Below, one piece after another: positions 40,049-50,428 of a stretch of DNA of 64,000 nt (the first letter of the stretch is position 1; each line of letters opens with the position of its first letter). The notes under the pieces are model-generated. The model had not been told where the DNA came from. It saw nothing but the letters and a program-made list of their open reading frames with translations, and did no database searches. Where the stretch lies: IMG/VR virus record IMGVR_UViG_3300029286_001711, one strand, 5' to 3'. Source of the DNA: a virus (lineage: Duplodnaviria > Caudoviricetes). The translations under genes were made by a program, and so were the position numbers.

Positions 40049-40822
40049 ATGAAAACATCAACATCAATATCCGATTATTTTTCCTATAAAAATGTCTGTT
40101 TAGAGGCATCTAAAAATGAAGAAGCCTTTTCTAAGTTTAAACAAAATTCTGAGTATACAACAATTTTAGAACACACAAGTAAGGAATACGGTCAAAAATA
40201 TATAGATTTTATATTAAAAACTGGATTAGATTTATCTAAAATTAATAAATTTAAAGAAAATGACGAACAGGGCAATCCAACAAAAGTTGAGTATTTGGAT
40301 CCGTTTGGATTAATATCACCATCCACATTGAGGTATGTTAAAGTTTTAAGTGAGTTGGAGAGTATTTTTGGTTCTTTAGCTAATAAAAAAATTGTAGAAA
40401 TCGGTGTTGGTTATGGTGGACAATCTAAACTAATTATGGATTATTTTAATATAGATGAATATAATTTTGTTGACCTACCAGAGGTTTTGGGTTTGACTAA
40501 AAAATATTTAGAAAAATATGGTTATAAAAATTTAAACTATTATACATACGATAGTTTACCAGAAAAAAATTATGATATTGTAATTTCTAATTATGCATTC
40601 ACTGAATGTAATAAAGGTATTCAAAAAATATATTTAGAAAAAATTATTAATAAATCAAAATCTGGTTATATCACTGGAAATCAAATTGGTCACCATTTTA
40701 ATGTTGATATGATGAATAGAGAGGAAATAAAAAACGCCATACCTAATTCTAAACTTATCGCTGAAGTTCCATTAACTCACCCCAATAACTATATTTTAAC
40801 TTGGGATAATCATGGTGATTAA
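40049..40822 (+). CDS. Putative sugar O-methyltransferase
   Basis: PSTLRY, VEIGVGYGG, VDLPEV, ISNYAFTEC. Confidence 0.75.
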   Translation: MKTSTSISDYFSYKNVCLEASKNEEAFSKFKQNSEYTTILEHTSKEYGQKYIDFILKTGLDLSKINKFKENDEQGNPTKVEYLDPFGLISPSTLRYVKVLSELESIFGSLANKKIVEIGVGYGGQSKLIMDYFNIDEYNFVDLPEVLGLTKKYLEKYGYKNLNYYTYDSLPEKNYDIVISNYAFTECNKGIQKIYLEKIINKSKSGYITGNQIGHHFNVDMMNREEIKNAIPNSKLIAEVPLTHPNNYILTWDNHGD

Positions 40823-41603
40823 TATGGTGGGAGGTGGATTTCAACATGTTGATTGTTCGTCCGCACATAACATAAATAAACATGTTAAATGGGTTAAAGA
40901 TGGTAGTTCTAATGTTTCAATTCATATTGATTGGGCCATTTTAGACGGTTGGGGTGATAAATCAAAAAAGAAATACGCTTGGATTGCAGAATCTAGTGCT
41001 ATTAATGTTAAGTTAATAGAAAAAGTTATTTCCAGTATTGGTACTATAAATGAAGAGTATGAGTTAATTTTCACACACGATAAAAGATTATTGGATTTAA
41101 GCCCTAAAATGAGATACGCAATTCCAAACGCATGTCCTTGGGTAAAAGATATTGGGATACACTCAAAATCTAAATTAGTTTCTATGATTGCCTCTTCTAA
41201 AAATATGTGTCCAGGACACAGTTATAGATTGGGTTGGGTTAATAAACTTAGAGGTAAATTAGACCTTTACGGATCGGGACATGGTTATTTACCAACTAAA
41301 GATGCTGGGTTTAAAGATTACTATTTTTCAATAGCGATGGAAAATGATAATTACCCATCTATTTTTACTGAAAAAATAACTGACACGTTTGCCATGGGTA
41401 CAATACCTATTTTTTGGGGTAGTCCAGATATTAGTGAATTTTTTAATGAAAACGGTATTATTAGATTAACCGAAGATTTTAAAGTTTCTGATTTATCTGT
41501 CGATTTATATAACTCAAAATTCGAATATGTAAAAGAAAATTTTGAAAGAGCCTTACAGTTACCTACAGCTGAAGACTTTATTTATTTAAACTACTTAAAA
41601 TAA
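40812..41603 (+). CDS. GT10-like fucosyltransferase
   Basis: YYFSIAMEN..IFTEKI.DTFAMGTIPIFWG. Confidence 0.75.
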   Translation: MVINMVGGGFQHVDCSSAHNINKHVKWVKDGSSNVSIHIDWAILDGWGDKSKKKYAWIAESSAINVKLIEKVISSIGTINEEYELIFTHDKRLLDLSPKMRYAIPNACPWVKDIGIHSKSKLVSMIASSKNMCPGHSYRLGWVNKLRGKLDLYGSGHGYLPTKDAGFKDYYFSIAMENDNYPSIFTEKITDTFAMGTIPIFWGSPDISEFFNENGIIRLTEDFKVSDLSVDLYNSKFEYVKENFERALQLPTAEDFIYLNYLK

Positions 41604-42697
41604 TGGATTTTTTTAATACGACAATCTCAGATAAATCTATTGAGTACGTTAATCAGGTATTAACATCTACAATGATTTCAGCGGGTAAAAGAGCTGACTT
41701 ATTTGAGGAAAAATTAAATATGAAATACGGTTTCCCGAACCCAGTAACATTAAATAGTGGAACCGTCACAATGAGATTAGCTTTAATTGCGTCTGGGGTT
41801 AAAGAAGGTGATGAAGTTATTTTACCCGCTCAAACATTTGTCGCTACGGGTCATGTTATATTACAGTGTGGTGCTAAACCAGTATTCGCTGATATTAATT
41901 TAGATGGTAATATATCTTTAGAATCTATAAAACAAAAAATAACTAAAAAAACTAAAGCAATTATACCTGTTCATTGGGGTGGATACCCTTGTGATATGGA
42001 AGAAATAAATCAGTTAGCTAAAGAACATAATTTAATTGTAATTGAAGATGCCGCACACGCTTTAGGTGCGAAATATAGAAATAAAGAAATCGGTACTTTA
42101 TCAGATTTCACATCATTCTCTTTTCAAGCTATTAAACATTTAACTACTGGTGACGGTGGTTTATTAACATGTCTAAAAGAATCGGATTCTAAATTAGTTA
42201 AAAGATTAAGATGGTTTGATATAGACCGAGAGAATTCTATACCATCAATTTTAGGTGAAAGAGAATATGATATAACAAATGTGGGATTCAAATACCACAT
42301 GAATGATATATCAGCCTCAATCGGTTTAGGTAATCTAGAAACTATTGATACTAAATTAAGTAGAATAAAAAGTATTGCGAAAACTTACGAGAAATCATTA
42401 CAAAACATCCCAGGATTAAAACTTATGGAGTATAAAGACGATAGAGAGTCTTCATACTGGTTATTTCCAATGTTAATTGAACGTAGAATTGATTTCATTA
42501 ACAAACTAAAAGATAATGGTATACCGTCATCTGTCGTTCATTTAGGAATTGATAAGAATACACTTTTTGGTGGCAAAGATTATTCTTTAACCAATCAAAG
42601 ATATTTTGATGATAATCAAATACACATACCGATTCATGATAAATTATTAGATGAAGACGTGAATAAAATAATAGAAACAATAAAAAGTGGTTGGTAA
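41603..42697 (+). CDS. DegT/DnrJ/EryC1/StrS sugar aminotransferase
   Basis: NSGT, IEDAAHALG, FSFQAIKHLTTGDGG with the PLP lysine retained. Confidence 0.9.
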   Translation: MDFFNTTISDKSIEYVNQVLTSTMISAGKRADLFEEKLNMKYGFPNPVTLNSGTVTMRLALIASGVKEGDEVILPAQTFVATGHVILQCGAKPVFADINLDGNISLESIKQKITKKTKAIIPVHWGGYPCDMEEINQLAKEHNLIVIEDAAHALGAKYRNKEIGTLSDFTSFSFQAIKHLTTGDGGLLTCLKESDSKLVKRLRWFDIDRENSIPSILGEREYDITNVGFKYHMNDISASIGLGNLETIDTKLSRIKSIAKTYEKSLQNIPGLKLMEYKDDRESSYWLFPMLIERRIDFINKLKDNGIPSSVVHLGIDKNTLFGGKDYSLTNQRYFDDNQIHIPIHDKLLDEDVNKIIETIKSGW

Positions 42698-43416
42698 TGA
42701 TATTATCTAAAAGAAATTTAAGTGGTTTAATGGGGGTTAACAGTAATGAGAATGAAAATGGTGAGATTTTAATCTGTAAAGACATCATAAACCCAGATTC
42801 AATTGTTATAGATGTGGGTGCTAGAGATTCTGAATTACCCTACATAAATAGTAAAACAATATACCACTTATTTGAACCAATAGAATATAACTTCGAAAGA
42901 TTGGTCTCAAAATTTCGTGGGTTTACTAATGTCAAACTAAATAAGTTATGTCTATCTGACTGTGATGAAACTGTAGAAATCTATAAAGAATCTGAAAGTA
43001 TCAATAAAAGACTTAATTTTAATTATATATGGGAATCCGTTAATCCATCAAGAGTTCAAGATGGAATCAAAGAAAAAATTGAATGTATTAAACTTAAAGA
43101 TTATGTTAAGAATAGTGGGATTAAAAAAATTGACCTATTAAAGATAGATGTTGAGGGTTATGAGTTTAATGTTATTAAAGGGTTAGAAGATGAAATTAAT
43201 ATTGTAGATAATATTATTTTTGAATACAGTATCGGTACCTTTTCTTCAAGTGGGGTTGAATTATCCCAATTATTAGAACTCTTAAAAAATTTCGATTTAT
43301 ATCTAGTTCAAGATGATGGTTTAATTTATTTAGATTTTTCTCAAGAAGGTATGTATAATACTATTCGAAACATATATTATTGTAACATTCTAGCTAAAAA
43401 CAAAAAAAATGGATAA
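42697..43416 (+). CDS. FkbM-family methyltransferase
   Basis: Start revised to the TAATG-coupled ATG 42697; IDVGA, FEP, LLKIDVEGYE. Confidence 0.85.
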   Translation: MILSKRNLSGLMGVNSNENENGEILICKDIINPDSIVIDVGARDSELPYINSKTIYHLFEPIEYNFERLVSKFRGFTNVKLNKLCLSDCDETVEIYKESESINKRLNFNYIWESVNPSRVQDGIKEKIECIKLKDYVKNSGIKKIDLLKIDVEGYEFNVIKGLEDEINIVDNIIFEYSIGTFSSSGVELSQLLELLKNFDLYLVQDDGLIYLDFSQEGMYNTIRNIYYCNILAKNKKNG

Positions 43417-43966
43417 CATATTTTTCGATAAAAGTAAGTTAAAATATTGTGGTAAAAATGTTATTATAGGTAAAACTGTAAGAATAAGAAAACCCGAAGA
43501 ATGCGTTATAGGTGATGACACTATAATTGACGATTTCGCTTATATTTCATGTCCTATTGAAATAGGTAAAAATTGTCACATCGCCTCACACGTATCAATA
43601 TCTGGTGGTGCTGGTAAATTTAAGATGGGGGATTATTCTACAATATCTAACCATTGTTCAGTACATTGTGCCTCTAGTGATTATAGTAAAGTTTCATTAG
43701 ATTTACCTTCAGTTCCGACAGAAGAACAGTTCGGTGGTGAGGTTGGGGTTGTAGAATTGGGGGCTTTTGTAACGGTTGGTGCACATTCATGTATACTACC
43801 AAATGTTTTAATACCAGATGGTTTTGCCTGTGGTGCTCATACTTTAGTAAAAAATCAAGAATTTAAAGAATGGTCTCTTTATGCTGGAATACCAGCAAAA
43901 CTTATTAAAAAAAGAGACTTATCTGAAATAGAGAATAAAAATATTTTCAAAAATTATTATAAATGA
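43409..43966 (+). CDS. Hexapeptide-repeat (LbH) acyltransferase
   Basis: Repeated [IV]G.. hexapeptides; YAGIPAKLIK. Confidence 0.85.
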   Translation: MDNIFFDKSKLKYCGKNVIIGKTVRIRKPEECVIGDDTIIDDFAYISCPIEIGKNCHIASHVSISGGAGKFKMGDYSTISNHCSVHCASSDYSKVSLDLPSVPTEEQFGGEVGVVELGAFVTVGAHSCILPNVLIPDGFACGAHTLVKNQEFKEWSLYAGIPAKLIKKRDLSEIENKNIFKNYYK

Positions 43967-44892
43967 AAAAAATATTAATCTTAGGGGGTTACGGATTTTT
44001 GGGTCAAAACTTAAGTAAGGTTTTTAAAGATTCTAACTATGAAATTCATTTAGAATCAAGAAGAAGTGGTTGTGATATTTTAAATTACGAACAGTTTCTT
44101 GATGTTGTTAAAAAAATTAATCCAGATATTATTATAAACGCTGCAGCTCACGTTGGTGGTGTTGGTTATGTGTCTAAAATTTCAGCTGAAGTTTGTAGTG
44201 ATAATACTTTAATGTTTATCAATATTTTTAAAGTAATAAAAGAAGTTAATAAAAATATTTTATTAATTAATCCATTAGCTAACTGTTCTTACCCTGGTGA
44301 GACATTAGAGGTGTTGGAAGAAAGTCAGTGGTGGAATGGTGTTGTACATGAATCGGTAGAATCTTATGGTAACACAAAAAAAATTGGTTTTATCCTATCA
44401 GAATGTTATAGGAAAGAGTATGGTATAAAAACAGTTAATTTATTAGTACCAAATGCTTACGGTCCTTTTGATTATACTGATGAAGAAAGAACACACGCTA
44501 TGAACGGTATTATTCTTAGATTGTTGAAATCTATTAAGAATAGAGACACTGAATTTATGATATGGGGTTCTGGTACCCCAATCAGAGAATGGGTCTATAT
44601 GGAGGACGTGGCAAGGTTAATTAAAGATATTATAGATAACAACAGTATAGAATTACCCAACCCAATAAACATTGGTCAAGAAATGGGTTTTTCAATTAAA
44701 GACTCTGTAAGTATGGTACAAAACATCTTACATACAAATTTTATCATCAACTACGATTTAACAAAAAAGGAAGGAGCACCTAAAAAAGTGATGTCCAGTA
44801 AGTTGTTTAAAGAATGTTTTCCAGATTTTACATTTACAACACCTGAAGAAGGTATTAAAGAAACTATTAGATATTATGAAAATATTATATAA
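43963..44892 (+). CDS. GDP-fucose synthase-like NAD(P)-dependent reductase/epimerase, paralogue 1
   Basis: LGGYGFLG, NAAAHVGG, YGNTK, WGSGTPIREW. Confidence 0.85.
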   Translation: MKKILILGGYGFLGQNLSKVFKDSNYEIHLESRRSGCDILNYEQFLDVVKKINPDIIINAAAHVGGVGYVSKISAEVCSDNTLMFINIFKVIKEVNKNILLINPLANCSYPGETLEVLEESQWWNGVVHESVESYGNTKKIGFILSECYRKEYGIKTVNLLVPNAYGPFDYTDEERTHAMNGIILRLLKSIKNRDTEFMIWGSGTPIREWVYMEDVARLIKDIIDNNSIELPNPINIGQEMGFSIKDSVSMVQNILHTNFIINYDLTKKEGAPKKVMSSKLFKECFPDFTFTTPEEGIKETIRYYENII

Positions 44893-45736
44893 TTACGCAC
44901 ACAACAGATTTTTAAATACACAAGAAAGATGTACTAAAACAGGTATAGAAGTTGGTGGATTTGATAAGGCTTACCAATTTAGAATTGATGATATCGATAC
45001 TGAATTCAGAAATAAAAACTCATTTATTTTAAATCAACCAAGGGGAGCTGGATATTGGTTATGGAAATACTATTTTGCGGTTAAATTATTGAACGATGAT
45101 TCAGTAAAGGAAGGTGATTATATTTTCTACGCTGATGCGGGTTCTCATTTTATAGATAAGATAGATTATTTAATCGATACTATGGAAAGAGATGGTACAT
45201 CTTTGATGACATTTAGACAAAATCATTTAGCCTATATTTGGACTAAAAGAGATATGTTTTTACTTATGGATGCTGACACACCTAAGTTCACGCATACAGC
45301 CCAAAGAGTGGGTGGTTGGTTTTTATTTAAGAAAAATGAACTCACCAAGAAATTTTTTCAAGAATGTTTAACATATTCTTGTGATGCTAGAGTATTAACT
45401 GATATGCCAAATCAATTAGGCCAACCTAACTATCCTGGGTTTAGAGATCACAGACATGATGAATCTTTAATAAGTATTATGTCAAAAAAATATGATTTAT
45501 TTCCGTATAGGAACCCATCACAACACGGAATTGTCGATGATGTTCACTTCACAAATAACAAATATGGTGAGTTAGGTTATAAAGAAATGGTTGATAAATT
45601 CGGACCTATTTCCACTTGGTTACATAAATATGGTGTTTATTTTCACGGCGAATCTTTAAATCAATATCCAGAATTAGATATTGACGATAAATCTACATAC
45701 CCAACTATCTTAGAACTAACAAGAAACCCTAATTAA
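44876..45736 (+). CDS. Glycosyltransferase-like protein
   Basis: RGAGYWLWK, FYADAG, WTKRD, HRHDES; located in the glycan cluster. Confidence 0.55.
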   Translation: MKILYNYAHNRFLNTQERCTKTGIEVGGFDKAYQFRIDDIDTEFRNKNSFILNQPRGAGYWLWKYYFAVKLLNDDSVKEGDYIFYADAGSHFIDKIDYLIDTMERDGTSLMTFRQNHLAYIWTKRDMFLLMDADTPKFTHTAQRVGGWFLFKKNELTKKFFQECLTYSCDARVLTDMPNQLGQPNYPGFRDHRHDESLISIMSKKYDLFPYRNPSQHGIVDDVHFTNNKYGELGYKEMVDKFGPISTWLHKYGVYFHGESLNQYPELDIDDKSTYPTILELTRNPN

Positions 45737-46356
45737 TGGAAACTATAACAATATTAATACCCACGTACAACAACGCATCTAAAATTGGTAGGTGTATTGA
45801 CTCAGCATTAAATCAAACCTATAAGGACATTAAAATCGTCGTATTGAATGATGGTTCTACTGATAACACTAAAGAGATTGTTGAAGGTTACCTAAAAAAT
45901 CATAATAATATTTTTTATTATGAAAACGACGGTAATAAAGGGCGTGGATATTCAAGAAATAGAATACTAGAGTTATCAGATACAAGGTTGTCCTGTTGGT
46001 TAGATTCGGATGATTATATGGATTTGGATAAAATTAAACAACAATACGAGTATTTTTTAAAAAACGAAAATTGTAATTTTTTGGCAACACCAATGATGTG
46101 TTTATTACCAGAAAATAAAACGATACCAGGTTATTCTGGCTATGATTTTATTAAAAATGTGACTTTATTAAATTTAAGAATGATAAACCACATACCACAC
46201 CCTACTGTTATGTTTAAAACACAAATAGCTAAAGATTTGAAATTTAACCCAAATATGAATAGAGAAGAGGATTGGGATTTTTATATTAGATTATATGAGA
46301 ATGGTTATAAAGTAGACGTGATACCAAATTTACTATATTTTTATAACATGTGTTAA
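45736..46356 (+). CDS. GT2 glycosyltransferase
   Basis: ILIPTYN, VLNDGSTD, WLDSDD, EEDWDFY. Confidence 0.9.
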   Translation: METITILIPTYNNASKIGRCIDSALNQTYKDIKIVVLNDGSTDNTKEIVEGYLKNHNNIFYYENDGNKGRGYSRNRILELSDTRLSCWLDSDDYMDLDKIKQQYEYFLKNENCNFLATPMMCLLPENKTIPGYSGYDFIKNVTLLNLRMINHIPHPTVMFKTQIAKDLKFNPNMNREEDWDFYIRLYENGYKVDVIPNLLYFYNMC

Positions 46357-47287
46357 TGGAAAAAATCATTCTAATTACTGGTGGTTCTGGCCTAGTGGGT
46401 ACAGCACTCAAAAAATTTATACCTAATGCAATTTACGTAGATTCTAAAGAATATGATTTAAGGAAAGAATCTGATGTAATCAAAATGTTTGAAACTATAA
46501 AACCAAATATTGTTATACATTAGCGGCCAAAGTTGGTGGTATATTAGACAATGTTGAAAGACCAGCTGAGTATTTTATCGATAATATATTGATGAATAGT
46601 TTAATGGTTAAATACTCACATCTTTATAACGTAGAAAGATTTTTAACTATGTTAAGTAGTTGTATTTATCCTGACGTTATTGAACATTACCCTCTACAAG
46701 AAAAAGATTTACACACTGGACCACCAACGGAATCTAATTTCTCATACGGTTACGCTAAAAGATGTTTAGCTGTGTTAATAGATTCCTATAATAAACAATA
46801 TGGTACAAAATATAATTACATAACACCGTGTAACCTATACGGTATTGGTGATAAGGATGATGAGAAAAAAAGTCACTTTGTAACTTCATTAGTAAAGAAG
46901 ATATATGAGGCAAATAAAAATAATAATGACCATATTATTCTATATGGTGATGGTACTCCATTAAGACAGTTTATGTATTCTGAAGATTTAGCATACGTAA
47001 TAAATCAAATGTTAGAAAAAAACATATACGATAATTTTAATATAACTACAAATGAAAATTGTAGTATTTCAGAAATCGCTAATATAGCTTTAGAAGCTTG
47101 TGATTCTAAACATCTTAAAATTATTTACGATAAAACAAAACCAAACGGGCAATTCAGAAAAGACATTTCTAATGAGAAATTAAAATCTTTACTTCCCGAC
47201 TTCAAACCTACATCTTTAAGTAGTGGTATAAAAAAAGTTTACAAAAATTATTTATTAAATGATAAAATTAGTCAGCGACACAATTAA
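46356..47287 (+). CDS. fcl: GDP-L-fucose/colitose synthase (Fcl/ColC-like), interrupted by a 1-nt deletion at ~46520
   Basis: N-terminal ITGGSGLVG...VIH* (46356-46523, missed by track); adding one T gives HLAAKVGG and a 310-aa protein with SSCIYP, YGYAK, GDGTPLRQF. Confidence 0.8.
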
Positions 47288-48416
47288 TAGAGAGGATATT
47301 AACGCATTAATTGAGTGGTTACAACAAGAACCATCACCTAAATTAACAAAGGGTAACCTAACTTTTGAGTTAGAAGATAAATGGGCTAAAAAAATTGGAA
47401 CTAAGTATTCGGTATATATAAATTCAGGATCTTCAGCTATTTTACTAGCTCTCGCGGCTTTAAAACAATTAAACAGACTTAAAAATAATAAGATAGTGGT
47501 ACCCGCTTTAAGTTGGGCTACAGATGTTAGTAGTCCAATGTTATTAGGGTTAGAACCTATTATGTGTGACTGTAATCTTGATGATTTGTCCTGTGATTTA
47601 ACTCACCTTGAAGAGATTTTCCAAAAAAATAACCCCTCATCCTTAATTTTAGTTTCACCGTTAGGTTTAGTACCTAAAATGGATGAAATTATATCACTAT
47701 GTGAGAAATACGATGTTATCTTATTAGAGGACGTTTGTGAAAGTATGGGTTCAAAATATAAGAACCAATATTTAGGTAGTTTTGGTTTAGCTTCGTTTTT
47801 TTCAATGTATTTTGGTCATCACCTAAGTACAATTGAGGGTGGATTTATTAACACGAACGATGAAGAATTCTATCACATGTTAATCATGATGAGAAGTCAT
47901 GGGTGGGACAGGGATTTACCAGTTTGGAAACAGAAAGAACTTAGAGAAAAACACAATTGTAGTGATTTTGAAGCTTTGTATACGTTTTATGTACCAGGGT
48001 TTAATTTAAGGTCAACCGATTTACAAGCGTTTATTGGTTTAAGAGCTATAGACAGATTAGATGATTACGCCGAAAAAAGAAACAAAAATTTCTTTTCATA
48101 TATCGGTGGTATTGTGGGTAATAGAATTGATATTAGGGTAGATGAGGGTGACTTTATATCTAGTTTTGCTATACCTGTTGTTAGTGAACATAGGGAGTCT
48201 ATTGCTGAAGAATTAATACAAAACGGTATAGAAGTTAGACCCTTAATTGCTGGTAACATGGCAAATAAACCAATGTGGTACGAAAAATACGGTAAAGTTA
48301 ATTTACCTAATGCAGATATAATTGATAGAATGGGTTTTTATCTACCTAACCATCAAGATCTAACAGAAAAAGATATTCAAAAAATAACTACTATTATAAA
48401 TAAACATCATGTATGA
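47259..48416 (+). CDS. colD: ColD-like GDP-4-keto-6-deoxymannose 3-dehydratase
   Basis: DegT fold with His at the PLP-lysine position (FSMYFGHHLSTIEGG) and RSHGWDRDLP. Confidence 0.75.
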   Translation: MIKLVSDTINREDINALIEWLQQEPSPKLTKGNLTFELEDKWAKKIGTKYSVYINSGSSAILLALAALKQLNRLKNNKIVVPALSWATDVSSPMLLGLEPIMCDCNLDDLSCDLTHLEEIFQKNNPSSLILVSPLGLVPKMDEIISLCEKYDVILLEDVCESMGSKYKNQYLGSFGLASFFSMYFGHHLSTIEGGFINTNDEEFYHMLIMMRSHGWDRDLPVWKQKELREKHNCSDFEALYTFYVPGFNLRSTDLQAFIGLRAIDRLDDYAEKRNKNFFSYIGGIVGNRIDIRVDEGDFISSFAIPVVSEHRESIAEELIQNGIEVRPLIAGNMANKPMWYEKYGKVNLPNADIIDRMGFYLPNHQDLTEKDIQKITTIINKHHV

Positions 48417-48555
48417 AGTGTGGGAAGTAGTCAGAATTGGTGATTGTGACTTTGAACCTTTGCTATTGGTATCGAGAATTGATGACATGGAAGAGGCTAT
48501 AAAAATAAAGAATCAAAATGAAAATTATATTTTAACGGTAAACGTTAGTCAGTAA
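48409..48555 (+). CDS. Small hypothetical protein, 48 aa
   Basis: Not in ORF track; MYEVWEVVRIGDCDF...; fills the gap between colD and phoH. Confidence 0.5.
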   Translation: MYEVWEVVRIGDCDFEPLLLVSRIDDMEEAIKIKNQNENYILTVNVSQ

Positions 48556-48557
48556 CT

Positions 48558-49352
48558 ATGAGTAAAAGAAGACCAAACAAAAGGTTGTCAGATGATGAAC
48601 AAGAAATTGTAAACAATTTTTTATCAGTAAAACCAGAGGAAAATAAAACAATCAATTCAATTAGAGTAGATGTTAAACCTAAAACTGAAAATCAAAAAAA
48701 GTTAGTTCAAGCCATTAAAGAAAAAGAAATTGTAATAGCCTCTGGGTTTCCAGGTACTGGTAAGACATTCTTAGCTTGTGCTGAAGCATTAAAATTATTA
48801 AGAAACCCAGAAAACGCTTTTAAAAAGATAATCTTAGTTAAGTCTGTAACAACACTTAAAGATGAAGAGATAGGATTTCTAAAGGGTACTATGGAAGAAA
48901 AAATGGAACCGTTTATGGATTCATTTTTAGATAATTTTAATAAGATTGTAGGTGAAAGTTTAACGACTAAACTTAGAGAACAAGGATATGTTCAAATAAA
49001 ACCGATAGCATACGTTAGAGGTAGAAGTATTGACAATTCTGTTATTATTATGGATGAGGCTCAAAATATTAGTTTAGACAATATGAGAACATTAATGACC
49101 AGGATTGGTGAAAACTCAAAAATGATTATTTTAGGTGATATCAAACAAAAAGATATTCGTAATAAAAAAGATAGTTCTTTAGAAGTTGTTATAGATAAAT
49201 TTAGAGATAAAAAAAGTTTTGGTATCGTTGAGTTAAGAAATAAAGAAGATATTGTTAGAAATAAGATTATAGAAATAATCGAAGAGGTTTTCGATCAGAT
49301 AGATGAGGAGAAATCTAATAAAGGTGGTAAAAAACAATTATTAAAAGATTAA
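48558..49352 (+). CDS. phoH: PhoH-family ATPase
   Basis: GFPGTGKT, RGRS, DEAQN, GDIKQ. Confidence 0.9.
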   Translation: MSKRRPNKRLSDDEQEIVNNFLSVKPEENKTINSIRVDVKPKTENQKKLVQAIKEKEIVIASGFPGTGKTFLACAEALKLLRNPENAFKKIILVKSVTTLKDEEIGFLKGTMEEKMEPFMDSFLDNFNKIVGESLTTKLREQGYVQIKPIAYVRGRSIDNSVIIMDEAQNISLDNMRTLMTRIGENSKMIILGDIKQKDIRNKKDSSLEVVIDKFRDKKSFGIVELRNKEDIVRNKIIEIIEEVFDQIDEEKSNKGGKKQLLKD

Positions 49353-49353
49353 T

Positions 49354-50013
49354 ATGAAAATAGGTGTATCAATAAACGGTGTGTTAAGAAACTTCTTCGG
49401 TCAGATAGAAAAAACACATACCAAATATTTTAACCCAGAAGATGGTGATGAATTATTTGTTGGTGATTACGATTTAGAAGCGTGGATTACTTTCCCTCAA
49501 GAGGAAGTTGTTAGAAATGAAATTCAATTTAATCCTGATTTTAATGAAAGAGAATTTTTAAAAACAGATGATATGTTAGAAACTGAAAGTGTTACTGACG
49601 ATGAAATAACAGTTGAAGAATTTATTTACGATAAATGTTGTTTGGAAATTTTTGGTTACGCTGAAGAGATGATAGATGGAGCAGTAAATACAGTAAACGA
49701 TTTAAGTTTATTTTCAACTGGTAAACACGAATTTATTATAACAAGTCGTGAGGCTGGTAGATCGGTACCGTCAACATTGTTTTTCTTATCAAAAACTGGT
49801 TGTATGATTCCAGATATTAAATTTACATTAGCTACGACAGACTGTTGGAACCATGTAGATGTTATGATTACAGACCACCCAGAAATTTTACAATCAAAAC
49901 CAGAAGGTAAATTTACTATTAAAATTGAAAAGACTTTTAATGAAAGTATACCCTCAGATTATACAGTAAGATCCGTTAAAGAACTTAGTGGTTTAGACCT
50001 ATTCAATAATTAA
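49354..50013 (+). CDS. HAD/5'-nucleotidase-like protein with degenerate motif I
   Basis: MKIGVSINGVLR (canonical IGIDIDGVL), ITSRE, DVMITDHP. Confidence 0.6.
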   Translation: MKIGVSINGVLRNFFGQIEKTHTKYFNPEDGDELFVGDYDLEAWITFPQEEVVRNEIQFNPDFNEREFLKTDDMLETESVTDDEITVEEFIYDKCCLEIFGYAEEMIDGAVNTVNDLSLFSTGKHEFIITSREAGRSVPSTLFFLSKTGCMIPDIKFTLATTDCWNHVDVMITDHPEILQSKPEGKFTIKIEKTFNESIPSDYTVRSVKELSGLDLFNN

Positions 50014-50050
50014 TATTTACTTATAACATTTAATAGTTAGATATATTTTC

Positions 50051-50428
50051 ATGAATAAATACAGAAGAGAAGAGGACGACTCAGAATTATTTAAAATCGC
50101 AGGTAATCAATATTACTTAGATTTAAACGCGTTAAGTGAATTCATTCACATTGAAAAAACTGAAAGTGTTGACGACATTTTAGGTGAGGCAAAAAAAGAA
50201 TTAGAGGATAGTCAGGAAAGTATTCAAAGTGAAGAAACCTACGCACAACTAATTGATATCACTAAATGGGAAACCACTAAGGTATTAATAGAGTCCATAT
50301 TAACAGAACAAGGTCCTGTAGATGAGGCCATGGGAGTCAAAAAATTAGAGGATCAATTATCAATACCCTTTAAATTATCATTTAACACATTACTAAAATA
50401 TAAAATCATAAAAGAAGATGGAAGATAA
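50051..50428 (+). CDS. Hypothetical acidic protein
   Basis: 125-aa ORF heading the GT-GT-sigma operon. Confidence 0.75.
   Translation: MNKYRREEDDSELFKIAGNQYYLDLNALSEFIHIEKTESVDDILGEAKKELEDSQESIQSEETYAQLIDITKWETTKVLIESILTEQGPVDEAMGVKKLEDQLSIPFKLSFNTLLKYKIIKEDGR

Noticed and set aside
46521-46523. TAG inside the fcl-like gene as a sign of stop-codon reassignment
   Set aside because: Readthrough does not restore HLAAKVGG but a 1-nt insertion does. Other TAG stops (7618, 55364) fall at gene boundaries and long genes are intact in the standard code.
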